Positions 16,826 to 31,229 of a stretch of 64,000 nt of DNA are shown piece by piece; within the stretch, counting starts at the first letter, position 1; every line of letters begins with the position of its first letter. Source of the stretch: Eledone cirrhosa (lineage: Eukaryota); contig CAXHJY010001268.1 of the NCBI GenBank assembly GCA_964016885.1, positions 1 through 64,000 of the forward strand, written 5' to 3'. The notes beneath the pieces were generated by a model, which saw only the letters and a list, made by a program, of their open reading frames with translations, had not been told where the DNA came from and searched no databases. The position numbers and the translations under genes were made by a program.

Positions 16826-16974
16826 ATTATTTCTGAAGACGGCGTATATATGAGTTAGGTATGTATATTTAATCTTGATAATTTGTATAATTTTGTATAA
16901 TTTTGTACATAGATCTGTTAAATATGCATACCAATTATAACACATATATACCCTAGAAACGATCGTTAAATAGT
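16826..16974 (+). ncRNA. Type I hammerhead ribozyme (long stem II), copy 5, rebuilt by the SINE TSD
   Basis: AUUAUUU-CUGAAGA...GAAA-CGAUCG-UU-AAAUAGU; 7-bp stem I. Confidence 0.68.
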
Positions 16975-17022
16975 GAACTTTTTTTGTTTAATATAAGGAA
17001 TTGTTTGTTCATTATTTGTTTA

Positions 17023-19801
<2,779 letters not shown>

Positions 19802-20177
19802 AGATCAACGGTTAAATTCTCCTACTCAACAACCAAAAACATAAAACAAAATATAAGTGCCTACAATGCATATAAATAATAGATATGAATGTAGATTATG
19901 TTCCCAAGAACTTTTTGAAATAATGAAATCTAAGGATATCCTATTAAATAAGCGACAGGAATTAATAATATCGTTAACATATAATTAACATATAATTAAT
20001 ATTCTACTACTGAAGAACTACATAATTTTACTTTCCTTCTTACAACTATCTTTTCCTAAAATTGATACCATTAAGTAAACATATATAATGTTTTAATTTC
20101 AGGTTATGATTCTATGTTCCTTGAAATCTCTATATATTTATTATTTCTCACTAATAAATTTACCCCCCCCCCCCCAA

Positions 20178-20220
<43 letters not shown>

Positions 20221-20319
20221 TTTTTATATTTATTTAATTTCCCCTCGTCTTTAACAGCACTCTTCAATTACATCTAACTCTTATTTATCATATCTATATG
20301 CATTAATATAATTTTAATA

Positions 20320-20503
20320 GGCGGTGGATTGGCAGTATCGGTAGAGGGTTGGACGCCATGCTTTCCAGCATAGTTACGTCCCTTTACGATCTGAGTTCAA
20401 ATCCCGCCGAGGTTGACTTTGCCTTTCATCCTTACGGGGTCGATAAAATAAAGTACCAGTAATGCACTGGGTAATTGCTGGCCTTGTGCCTAAAGTAGAA
20501 ACA
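20320..20503 (+). mobile_element. Deu/Nin-like tRNA SINE with 15-bp TSD
   Basis: Same family as 16639-16825; TSD ATTAATATAATTTTA at 20302-20316 and 20504-20518. Confidence 0.9.
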
Positions 20504-21132
20504 ATTAATATAATTTTATCAATATAAATATACCCATCAATTATATTAATTTATATTCTTTTCATAGATGTAAATTCCATATATATTTTTTTCACTAACA
20601 CTTTTATCGTAAAATTTTAGTCTCCTTAGATATTTACATTGGCATTATTCTTTTATAACAGCAACTTTTCGTGTTACCTTTTACTGACCTGACCTATTTT
20701 CACCCCTAAAATAAACTTTTCATTCTTCATACTCCTTCCATTCAAATCTGAAATCTGCCTTCTTCTACCCCAAAATAAATTTCAATTACTACTATTTTAC
20801 CATTTGGCCAATTATTACCTTTCTATTGGTTAATTCAAAACCTGTTCCCAAACAAACCTACTATATTAAATCTTTGTTGGTTTTATTCAATGAACAAATA
20901 TAATTATTTCTGAGGTTAGCATATGACCTATTCTCATCCTATTCTCATCTTTCATTCATAATATTCTTTCCATCCAAAACTGAAATCTACCTTCCTCTAC
21001 CCATAAAGTAAGGTTCTTTTACTACTATATTACTATCTTGACCTTCACTATCTTTCTATTGGTCAATTCAAAACCTGTTCCCAAACAGACATATTGTATT
21101 AAATCTTTGTTGGTTTTTTCAATAAACAAATA

Positions 21133-21270
21133 TCATTATTTCTGAAGACAGCATATATATGTGTAGGTATGTATATTCCCTCTGATAGTTTGTAAAAATT
21201 TTACATAGATCTATAGGATATGCATACCAACACTAACATATATATCCTAGAAACGATCGTAAAATGATGA
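21133..21270 (+). ncRNA. Type I hammerhead ribozyme (long stem II), copy 6, GUA cleavage triplet
   Basis: UCAUUAUUU-CUGAAGA(21142-21148)...GAAA-CGAUCG-UA-AAAUGAUGA. Confidence 0.78.
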
Positions 21271-21453
21271 ATTTTTTAATATAAGGAACTGTTTCTTTGT
21301 TTATTCATTATTTTATTAATTTATCTTGACTCTGTTTTCCGTTAATTTTCACCGAAAAATTTTTTTGAATACATCTCTTTTCATGATATTCGGATTACAT
21401 TGAGTTCTTCATACGAATTGGACACTACCGTACATTTTGGTAGATTTATCTAC

Positions 21454-21684
21454 ATATATATATATTACATATATATATATTACATATATTTATATATATA
21501 TTATATATATTTATATATATATATATTTATATATATTACATATATTTATATATATATTATATATATTTATATATATTATATATATTTATATATATTATAT
21601 ATATTTATATATATTACATATATTTATATATATATTACATATATTTATATATATATTATATATATTTATATATATATTTATATA

Positions 21685-21730
<46 letters not shown>

Positions 21731-21743
21731 TTATATATATATA
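21454..21743. repeat. Interrupted (TA)n microsatellite
   Basis: Direct reading. Confidence 0.95.
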
Positions 21744-22049
21744 TTGTTATACTTGGGAGGGTCATATTTGTGTAATATTGCCAGAATTAATAACAGAACA
21801 CACTCACTGTCTGGTTAGTTTTCGCTTCTCGCTTCTGTGTCTTTTATATCAGTTATCTAATATACTCGGTCCTCAATGTTGCCATTGACTGACCGGCGGT
21901 AAAAAATAATACAGATACAATATAGACACAAACACATATATATAGTTTATCATAAATCTTTCGTTGCACATCTGCAACATCGTCAGTGGTGCTATATTTT
22001 CCTCCTGTTGTATTGTATGTCTACGCCATTTTTATTCAGTCTGTCTATA

Positions 22050-22116
22050 TAGAAATCAACCCAGAATCAGTTCCCGTCGCACCCTTGCAAGCAGGGAAAA
22101 GTGGACGTAAAATGAA

Positions 22117-22145
<29 letters not shown>
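22050..22145 (+). mobile_element. Short RTE-tailed retroposon fragment ending in (TGA)n
   Basis: CCCTTGCAAGCAGGGAAAAGTGGACGTAAAATG...(TGA)n; same tail as 57200-57240, with reverse copies at 28240-28306 and 51430-51595. Confidence 0.75.
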
Positions 22146-22147
<2 letters not shown>

Positions 22148-22299
22148 ATATATATATATTTATATTTATATATATATACATATATACATTTTTTGTATTC
22201 ATTAATTGTTAGATACGAAAGTTCTTGGTCGTATTGAACAGAACAAATTTTGTATTTTTGTTAATCGCTTGTTAAATGTGCAAGGACCCCATTCAATCA

Positions 22300-25200
22300 T
22301 TACCTTCTATCTAGCTACCCAACACCCCTCCCTCCCGCCCCCACGCACCACCATTGCTATTACGTGGACCAATCATAAGCCAGAGCCACCACGCATCACC
22401 AGTATTATTATTATGCGGACCAATCAGAAGCCAGAGGCCTATACTATCGCTTGCCTGGTTGCCTTTCGATATATGATGGATGGATGGACTGCGGAATCCT
22501 GGAAAGTGGAGGAGAGAGAGAAAAATCTGGACGCTCAGTGACAATGCCAAAGATAAAGACAAATTCACCTCTTGGACGAGAATGCGAGCACTCCTCATTG
22601 TTTCGACCGCGGACGGCTAACATAACCCCATCGCCCCCCACCCCCCACCGACCCCAACCCCCAAACGCAATCCAAAACTTCAGAGTTGGTACCATAAATG
22701 TAGGCACCCTAAAGGGTCGCGCTAACGAGGTTGTAGAAATGCTTGAACGTAAGGAGGTCGATGTTTGTTGTATTCAAGAGACCAGGTGGAGGGGTGGGTC
22801 TGCTAGGTTCATTGAGGGTAAAAAACGATGTTATAAGCTTTTCTGGACGGGAAACGACGATGGGCTGGGTGGAGTAGGAATCATGGTAGCAGAAAAGTGG
22901 GCAGATAAGATAATAGACGTAAATAGAGTGAACGACAGAATAATTAAAATACGACTTGTCGTCAATAGAACTACGGTGACAGTAATATCTGCGTACGCAC
23001 CCCAATCCAGACTGCCCGGCACTATAAAAGACAGATTCTATGAGACACTGATGCTAACTACCTCCCAAATATCCGACAGTGACTATATAATTATTGCAGG
23101 CAACCTAAATGGTCACGTTGGACAACATTGTGACGGCTACGACGAAATCCATGGAGGCTATGGGTTTGGTACTAGAAATGAGGAAGGCTCCAGAATCCTG
23201 GAATTCTGTGATGCAAATAACCTAACTATCTGTAACACTAACTTCAAAAAACGTGACAATCACCTGATCACCTATAGATCCGGGGAACACACAAGCCAGG
23301 TAGATTATATCCTTACCAGAAGACGTGACAGGGTGTCTGTTGTAAACACTAAATCCCTCCCCCATGAAGAATGCACCTCCCAACATAGACTGATAATTAG
23401 CGACCTCATAGTCAGGACGAGACGTACTCGACAGCAGAAGAGGACTATCCTCAGGAGAAAAATATGGAAGCTAAAGGACCCCACAGCCAGGAATAAATTT
23501 CAAAGCATATTACTTGATGCTTTCGACAGTAAGGAAGAACATTTAGAGTCGGACAATATAGAGGGAGAGTGGGAATTTCTGAAAGCAAACCTGCTGTTGG
23601 CGACAGACGAAGTCTGGCTGGAGCAGGCCTGTAGGCAGGAGGAGAGTAACATGGTGGTGTAACAGTAAGGTGGCGGGGTCAATTAAGGCCAAAAAGCAGG
23701 CTTGGAAAGTATGGCGGAATGGGGGAAGTAGAGAAGACTATCAAGTGGCCAGGAGGGAAGCTAGGAGACAAGTGTACTTAGCAAGAAGGGAAGCTGAGGA
23801 AAGAAAGTTCAAGCATGTTCTACAACGCGATGACCAAAAACGTGAGGTGTTCAGGATTGCTAGGCAATGCGTCAAGGAAAACCGTGATATTGTCGGGGAG
23901 AAGTGTGTACTAAACGACGATGGCACACTTGCCATCACCGATGCTGATAAGAAGGTAGCTTGGAAGTGTCACTATGAAAGGCTACTAAATCAGGAGAATA
24001 AATGGGAGAAAGACGGTCTGCCCCATATCGACCCAATAGAGGGACCAGCAGTGTTAGTCGAGGGGAGTATAATAAGTAAGGCAATCAAGGATATGAAGAC
24101 GGGTAAGGCGGCTGGGCCTTCGGAAATAGTTGCTGAGATGCTGAAGGCATCTGGCACGGTGGGACACACCATGGTCACCCGCATAGTTAACCAAGTCGTA
24201 CAGAATGGGGTTGTTCCGAAGGACTGGCATAGCAGCATCATCGTTAACTGTTATAAGGGTAAAGGAGACGCTCTAGATAGGAGTAACTATAGAGGCATTA
24301 AATTAATCGACCAGGTCATGAAGGTCACGGAAAAAGTAATAGCGCAACTAATCAGAGAGAGAATTGACCTAGATGAAATGCAGTTCGGGTTTGTGTCAGG
24401 CAAAAGTACCACAGACGCTCTTTTCATAGTACGACAACTACAGGAGAAGTACCTAGCTAAAGGTAAACCCCTCTACTTAGCTTTTGTCGACTTGGAGAAA
24501 GCCTTCGACAGAGTCCCCCGCTCCATTATCTGGTGGGCTCTTAGAAAACTAGGCGTTGACGAATGGCTTGTGAGGGCTATACAAGCCATGTATAAAGAAA
24601 CAGTCAGCAAGGTTAGAATTAACAACGAATATAGTGAAGAGTTTAGCGTAAAAGTTGGCGTCCATCAGGGCTCTGTTCTCAGCCCCCTACTATTTATTAT
24701 TGCCCTTCAGGCTATAACAGAGGAGTTCAAGACAGGCTGCCCATGGGAACTCCTATACGCAGACGACCAGACACTCATAGCGGAATCAATGGCCGGGCTA
24801 GAGAAGAAATTCCAAACATGGAAGCACGGCCTAGAGTCAAAAGGACTTAAAATTAACCTGGCTAAGACCAAAGTTCTAGTTTGTAGGAAAGAAAACAAGG
24901 CGGCGGTCCCTTCTGGGAAATGGTCGTGCTCGGTGTGTAGGAAAGGCGTAGGTAGAAACTCCATTTTATGTCCTAAATGCAAAGTATGGGTGCATAAAAG
25001 ATGTAGTGGGATCACAGGTAAGCTAACTAAGAACATAGATTTTACATGTGGCCGGTGTTCTGGTGCAATAAGTAGCAGCAAGTGCCCACAAAATACTAGC
25101 TCTTTCAATTGCGCAGAGGGTTCTATAGAAATAGTGGACAGCTTCCGTTACCTGGGCGATAAAATCAGCAGTTGGGGAGGGTGCTCTGAAAGTACTGTAG

Positions 25201-26103
25201 CTAGAGTCAGAACTGGTTGGAAAAAGTTCAGAGAGCTTATACCACTATTAGCTGCTAAAGGGTTCTCCCTAAAAATGAAAGGCAGGTTGTACGATGCCTG
25301 CATACGAACAGCAATGCTGCATGGCAGTGAGACCTGGGCATTGTGTGCAGAGGATATACGCAGACTAGAGAGGAACGAAGCTTGCATGCTCCGCTGGATG
25401 TGTAACAGTAATATACGTGAACGGCAAAGCATAAACGAACTAAGGAAAAAATTAGAGATAAGAGGGATCAGATGTTGTTTACTCGAGAGAAGGCTACGTT
25501 GGTATGGACACGTGATGCGCATGAAAGTCGATAGCTGTATAACAAAGTGCAGGGCAATAAAGATAGACGGTAGTCACGGAATAGGCAGACCTAGAAAAAC
25601 CTGGGACGAGCTGATAAACTCCGACATCACACACTTACACCTCTCCAAGACAATGTCACTGGACCGAGACCTTTGGCGGTACTCAGTAATAGAGAAGACC
25701 CGCCTTACCTAAATACATAGTAAAACCTACTACAACCAGTAGGCATCTCTAACAAAATACAGCCCGTCCCACCACCACCACCACCACCACCCCATCCACA
25801 CCACCCCGTTCTATGTAAAGTTATGTTGGTGCCGCGCCATCCAGGCCGAAACAAATGAGATCGTGTAGGTGTCACGACAAAAAAAACACACAGTCCATGC
25901 TGTAATGTGGCCGTGTAGGCAACACGGTAAAAACCTCCCAGACCCACACTGTAAATGTGGTTGGTGTTAGGAAGGGCATCCAACTGTAGAAAACCTGCCA
26001 GACAGTCCTATGCGAGCAAGACAATCACTCTTGCCTCAAGTGGGACTACCCCCGTCCAAACCCATGCAAGCGTGGAACACGGACGTTAAACGTTGATGAT
26101 GAT
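22300..26103 (+). mobile_element. Near full-length RTE-clade LINE (subfamily A), inactivated
   Basis: APE endonuclease (GTINV, CIQETRW, SAYAPQ, QVDYIL, SQH) plus RT (QFGF, FVDLEKAFD, HQGSVLSP, YADD, FRYLG), 3' UTR and (TGA)n tail. 5' boundary approximate. Confidence 0.93.
22451..25712 (+). pseudogene. RTE APE-RT polyprotein, frameshifted
   Basis: ORFs 22451..23662 and 23670..25712 join if 2 nt are restored near 23615 (EVCGW in the intact paralog); catalytic GDxN reads GNLN at ~23099-23110. Confidence 0.9.
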
Positions 26104-26168
26104 ATATATATATATTTATATATATATATATATATATACATATATATTTATATTTATATATTTATATT

Positions 26169-26203
<35 letters not shown>

Positions 26204-26204
26204 T

Positions 26205-26235
<31 letters not shown>

Positions 26236-26242
26236 TTATATT

Positions 26243-26331
<89 letters not shown>

Positions 26332-26362
26332 TTATATATATATATATATTTATATTTATATT

Positions 26363-26393
<31 letters not shown>

Positions 26394-26410
26394 ATATTTA
26401 TATTTATATT

Positions 26411-26449
<39 letters not shown>

Positions 26450-26488
26450 ATATTTATATATATATATATTTATATTTATATATATATT

Positions 26489-26521
<33 letters not shown>

Positions 26522-26528
26522 ATATTTA

Positions 26529-26561
<33 letters not shown>

Positions 26562-26904
26562 ATATTTATATATATATTTATATTTATATATATATTATAT
26601 ATATTTATATTTATATATATATTTATATATATATTTATATTTATATATATATTTATATATATATTTATATTTATATATATATTTATATATTTATATTTAT
26701 ATATATATTTATATATATATATTTATATATATTTATATATATATATTTATATATATTTATATATTTATATATATATATATTTATATATTTATATTTATAT
26801 ATATATATTTATATTTATATATTATATTTATATTTATATATATATTTATATATTTATATATATATATATTTATATATATATATATTTATATATATATATT
26901 TATA

Positions 26905-26955
<51 letters not shown>

Positions 26956-27047
26956 TTATATATATTTATATATATATATATATATTTATATATATTTATA
27001 TTTATATATATTTATATATATTTATATATATATATATATATTATATA
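26104..27047. repeat. (TA)n/(TATTTA)n microsatellite
   Basis: Direct reading; follows the RTE tail. Confidence 0.97.
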
Positions 27048-27413
27048 TCGCAGTTATTGCGATATATATTTGTTGCTGTGCTCATAATTGTTTTGGCATT
27101 AATACACTGGTTGGATGCCCTTCCTAACACCTACTTATCACATATATATATATATTTAGGTCAGTATTACAACGATGCCATACCTGTATTGATGAAAAAA
27201 AAACTGGATTTTTGTTTCATTGGTACAGGCTGAACAAGCTGGTTATCAACGAAACGTATGTACCTGGTACTACAGACTTAAGTTGCTCTACAGCTTGAAT
27301 TTCTTTACCTTTTACCACTATATACACACACACATTGAAATCTTACCAGCTAGTAAATAACTTTAATATGTTTGTGATTCACAATCGCTATATGTTATGT
27401 TTGTATGTTTCAG

Positions 27414-27490
27414 GAAAGCAGCAACCAGTTACCATTAGAAGATCTCGAGAAATTGGTGCAGTTTATAAAAAACAATGGCTTGGCTAAACG
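27414..27490 (+). CDS. HTT: Huntingtin coding exon (1st in window)
   Basis: tttcag|ESSNQLPLEDLEKLVQFIKNNGLAK(R)|gtaaag; resembles vertebrate HTT [27 protein letters not shown] (recalled); ends phase 2, matching the next exon. Confidence 0.9.
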
Positions 27491-27595
27491 GTAAAGATTT
27501 TTTTCCGTGGAGGATGTGCCATGTTTTGTACTTTTGTCTTGATGGTGATGGTAGGGTAGTAGTTGTGGTTGTGGTGCTCAGAGATGTGTGCACAT

Positions 27596-27647
<52 letters not shown>

Positions 27648-27845
27648 GTTGTTTTGGAAGCCTGTACAATGCAGATGGATAAATCTCCAGGTAACAAAAT
27701 CAGGTGGGAGTATAAGAAGAGAGAAAAGTAAGAAGCATATAAAAAGACTAGAGAACATGAAAAGAAAACCAGATATAGTTATCTTGAAAGAGATTTATTG
27801 GTCCTTATATTTTGGATTTCACATCCATCGATGGTGGGGGGGACT

Positions 27846-28000
27846 GTGTTTTGTATATCTAGCAATATACGGTATGTTTACGAATAAACATTTTGAAAGC
27901 CTTCAGCCATGAATTTGGAAACTGATGACGTAGCGTCATCTAGTGGATTCCAACAGAAGTTTCCAAACATATTGTATATCACTAGATATACAAAATACAC
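27846..28000. mobile_element. Small fold-back/MITE-like element
   Basis: Outer arms GTGTTTTGTATATCTAG / CTAGATATACAAAATACAC; inner arms TTTGGAAACT / AGTTTCCAAA. Confidence 0.5.
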
Positions 28001-28172
28001 ATACTTATATATATATATACAGCTATGTTAGAATGAACACCTTAATAATAATATATATATATATATTTAGAGAGAGAAAGAACAAGTGAGTAGAGGAAGA
28101 AATGGAACAAAATTTTTTGGTGAAAAAAAAGCATGTCTTTCTATTGTTTTTTCCATTGTCTTTGTCCTCTGA

Positions 28173-28242
<70 letters not shown>

Positions 28243-28320
28243 TCATCATCATCATACGTCCGCTTTTCCCTGCTTGCAAGGGTGGGACGCGAACTGATTC
28301 TGGCTTATATATATATATAT

Positions 28321-29050
28321 ATAAATGGAATAGAATGAAACGAAATTTCATTTCTCACTCTTAGTACGGCACTTACTTAAATGTAAGTATGTATGTATAC
28401 GTACATACATATATGTATACAGACGTACAGTAGCATGTATATATATACATACAGGCACACATATATATATGCACGTATCAGTTTACCGAACATTTATTAT
28501 AATGCTCGGTTTGTTCGTTTGTAAACAAACAAACAGCCTGAATTACGCCGTACAGTGTTTAGGCAACCACGTCACCTTTTTGTTCAACACTGACACAGGA
28601 ACGATGTACTAGTTTCAAGCTTATCAGCACCGTATACCTTTCTGCCAGATGGTTGAACGTCCGAAAGTATATACTTTCCTTATGAAAATTAACGGCTGAG
28701 CAGCGTAATTTGCATATCGAGTGAGTTCAGTCGGCCAGGCACACCGAAAACGATAAATGGAATAGAATGAAACGAAATTTCATTTCTCACTCTTAGTATG
28801 GCACTTAATTACATGTAAGTATGTATGTATACGTACATACATATATGTATACAGGCGTACAGTAGCATGTATATATATACATATTCAGGCTGTTTGTTTG
28901 TTTACAAACAAACAAACCGAGCATTATAATAAATGTTCGGTAAACTGATACGTGCATATATATATATGTGTGCCTGTATGTATATATATACATGCTACTG
29001 TACATCTGTATACATATATGTATGTACGTATACATACATACTTACATTTA
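28321..29050 (-). mobile_element. Small non-coding element with direct plus inverted repeats, flanked by (TA)n, carrying a minimal hammerhead-like motif (PLE/retrozyme-like)
   Basis: 28321-28450 is repeated at 28753-28882; 28884-29050 is the inverse of ~28378-28542; motif at 28601-28633. Confidence 0.6.
28601..28633 (-). ncRNA. Minimal type I hammerhead-like motif (G8 to A variant)
   Basis: Minus strand ACGGUG-CUGAUAA-GCUU-GAAA-CUAG-UA-CAUCGU. Confidence 0.5.
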
Positions 29051-29419
29051 TATATATATATATATAAATATATTCTTTGTCCACACGTTGGACAATAGTC
29101 TTTATTCTCTTCTCTTTTACTATTTTTCTCCTTTTGCTAATCCCTGGCACACTCTGTATTTGTGTTATTTACCTAAAGGCATAACTTGTCTCTATCTGTT
29201 TTATGTCCCAATGTACACTGGAATGAATGGTATCAACCTTAATGATCCGAAACTGTAATGATTTCCAGAGGTTGAATGAGGAGATGGGACTGTACATCTT
29301 TCTGTTGTTTTTCCCCATTGTCTTTGTCCTGTGCGGTCCCTATTTTGAACACACACACACACTCACACACACACTAGAGAAGCAATTATCCATAATTCTA
29401 GACAAGATACTTTATTATG

Positions 29420-30255
29420 TATTGTCTCAATTGAAAATATTATTTGTGGAAGCACCACATCAGTGATGTCGAGATTTTGGAAAGCTCTGTGTGTGACAGT
29501 ATAGAAGCTCTTGTGCTTAAGCAAAGACTCCGCTGGAGTGGTCACCTTGCCAGGATGAAGGATTCTAGAATACCAAAACAACTCTTTTATGGAGAGTTAG
29601 TTAAAGGAAAATGACCTCCACATAAACCAAAAAAGAAGTATAAGGATTCGTTGAAAGCCTCTTTGAAAGACGCTAACATCTCTGCTGATACATGGGAAAA
29701 TGTTGCTGCTGATCATAATAAATGGAGAAAGACTGTATAGAGCGGAAAGTTGCCTTTGAAGCATCTCGAATCGCATATGAGAAAGTAAAGAGGGCATTAC
29801 TGTTGCATTTCCTGACAGCGAAGGTCCTTCTATGGCGCTAACATGCAGCGTCTGTGCGAGACTCTGCCTCAGCAAAGTTGGACTCGAAAGTCACCTTTGC
29901 AGTCATAAAGTGAGACCAGTGGTTGACTACCAGGCTGCTGTTGGAGATGCTATTCATCATGCCTGCCAAGCATGTGGTAGAGAATGTAAATCAGCAGGAG
30001 GACTCAAACAACATGCAAAAGTACATGAACTCCAACCACAGCCGGCTATCCCAGTGAATGTTTTGCTTGCCAACTCTGTGAAAGACATTTTAGATCATTG
30101 GCTGGGCTAAAAAGCCACATTCGATCACAGCACTGTTAATTGTTATCGTGTGTGTGTGTGTGTAAAGATGTGTGTGTGTGTGTATATATATATTTATTAT
30201 TGTTATTATTTTTTTCGTGCAATGGCCATACTCGATAACGAAGGGGCAGCCATCA
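29420..30255 (+). mobile_element. 5'-truncated, decayed RTE-clade LINE with three C2H2 zinc fingers
   Basis: QRLRWSGHLARMKDSRIPKQLFYGEL...KYKDSLKASLK...WENVAADHNKWR, then CSVC..H..H, CQAC..H..H and (frameshifted) CQLC..H...H. Confidence 0.85.
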
Positions 30256-30423
30256 TGTGTATGTATGTATATATGTTTTTGTATGTATGTTCTCTTTTTA
30301 ATGGGAGTTTTAGAGTTTATTTTCACTGGCTACATGCTTGGTAGCAGGGTTGTAGATAAAATGAATATTTGAATATATGTATAAATTGATTAAACAGAAT
30401 ATTGTGTATGTAAGAATGAACTA

Positions 30424-30740
30424 AGGCAGTGAATTTCCAGAGTCATTACAATGTCAGATAGAATGTTTTGCAGTATTCATTTCGGTTCTCTGCTGCTCTC
30501 TGAGTTCAAATCCTGCCGAGGTTAACTTTGCCTTTCATCCATTCGAGGTCGATAAAAGAAGTACCAGTCTAGTACTGGGGTTAATTCTTCCTTTGTATCT
30601 CTTTTTAACTTTCCTTCTCTGGAAGAAATCTGCTGTATTCAGGCCTGGAGAGGAGATGGGCTTTGCCAGGTTTTAAAAATGCCCTAGAAATGCTGTATGT
30701 CTATATAGTACCTCTACAAATCCCAAAGGAGTTATGGGAC
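30424..30740 (+). mobile_element. Deu/Nin-like SINE with extended 3' region
   Basis: B box GAGTTCAAATCC, GCCTTTCATCC..GAGGTCGATAAAA domain, extension to GGAGTTATGGGAC shared with 31230-31567, ~38230-38715 and 38769-39130(-). Confidence 0.75.
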
Positions 30741-30845
30741 AAAGAGAGAAAAATGAGAAGAATTAACTAAATGCGAGTCTTTAAACATGTCTAGCTGTAA
30801 ATGTTCAACCACATATCTCTATATCAAAAACTTTTTGTTTCATAG

Positions 30846-30981
30846 CCATGCCCGGTTGGCGTCTCTTCTGAGCAAATTCCATCAAGTTCTCTGCCCAACC
30901 AATAGCTGTAATTTATCTCCTGAGAGGACACATCCATTATCTTTGCCAACACCGCCCGTTACCGATATCACAGTTGACAAG
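30846..30981 (+). CDS. HTT: Huntingtin coding exon (2nd in window)
   Basis: catag|(R)HARLASLLSKFHQVLCPTNSCNLSPERTHPLSLPTPPVTDITVDK|gtaagc; compare HQRLYSLLDRF...SHPL...PDK. Confidence 0.93.
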
Positions 30982-31020
30982 GTAAGCTAACATTTAAGGT
31001 AACTTACTCTACTCCCTTAA

Positions 31021-31227
31021 CCCTTTAGTGTTCAAACCGGCCAAAACCGGCCAGAATTCTCTACCTCCTTCTGCTGAAACTGGCTGTAACTGGTCGCTCA
31101 AACTGATGTTAAGGTATTGTTTTCAAAATAAATACTTTCAAAATCTCATAGATTCAATATTATGTGAGGTAAAGCCTTTACCACTAAAATATAATAGTAT
31201 ATATAAAATAATGTGAATGCTAAAGGA
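31021..31227. mobile_element. piggyBac-type MITE
   Basis: TTAA|CCCTTTAG...CTAAAGGA|TTAG; related copy at 55800-56032. Confidence 0.55.
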
Positions 31228-31229
31228 TT

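Larger units (their letters stand above)
19855..21453 (+). mobile_element. Diverged PLE subfamily copy (unit 4): EN tail, SINE insertion, internally duplicated 3' UTR, hammerhead, full terminus
   Basis: ~19875-19972 encodes NNRYECRLCSQELFEIMKSKDILLNKRQELIIS; ~20715-20925 is duplicated at ~20950-21155; ends GTAGATTTATCTAC (21440-21453) then (TA)n. Confidence 0.8.

Noticed and set aside
21745-21979. Possible solo LTR (TGT...ACA) after a TA tract
   Set aside because: Only the terminal bases fit; no second copy, PBS, PPT or TSD seen.
22709-25522. ORFs antisense to the RTE coding regions (also 45960-47078 and 58871-61420)
   Set aside because: Shadow frames of the LINE ORF with no independent motifs.
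27922-27928. CTGATGA as a hammerhead core
   Set aside because: No correctly placed GAAA or stems; it is part of a fold-back element.
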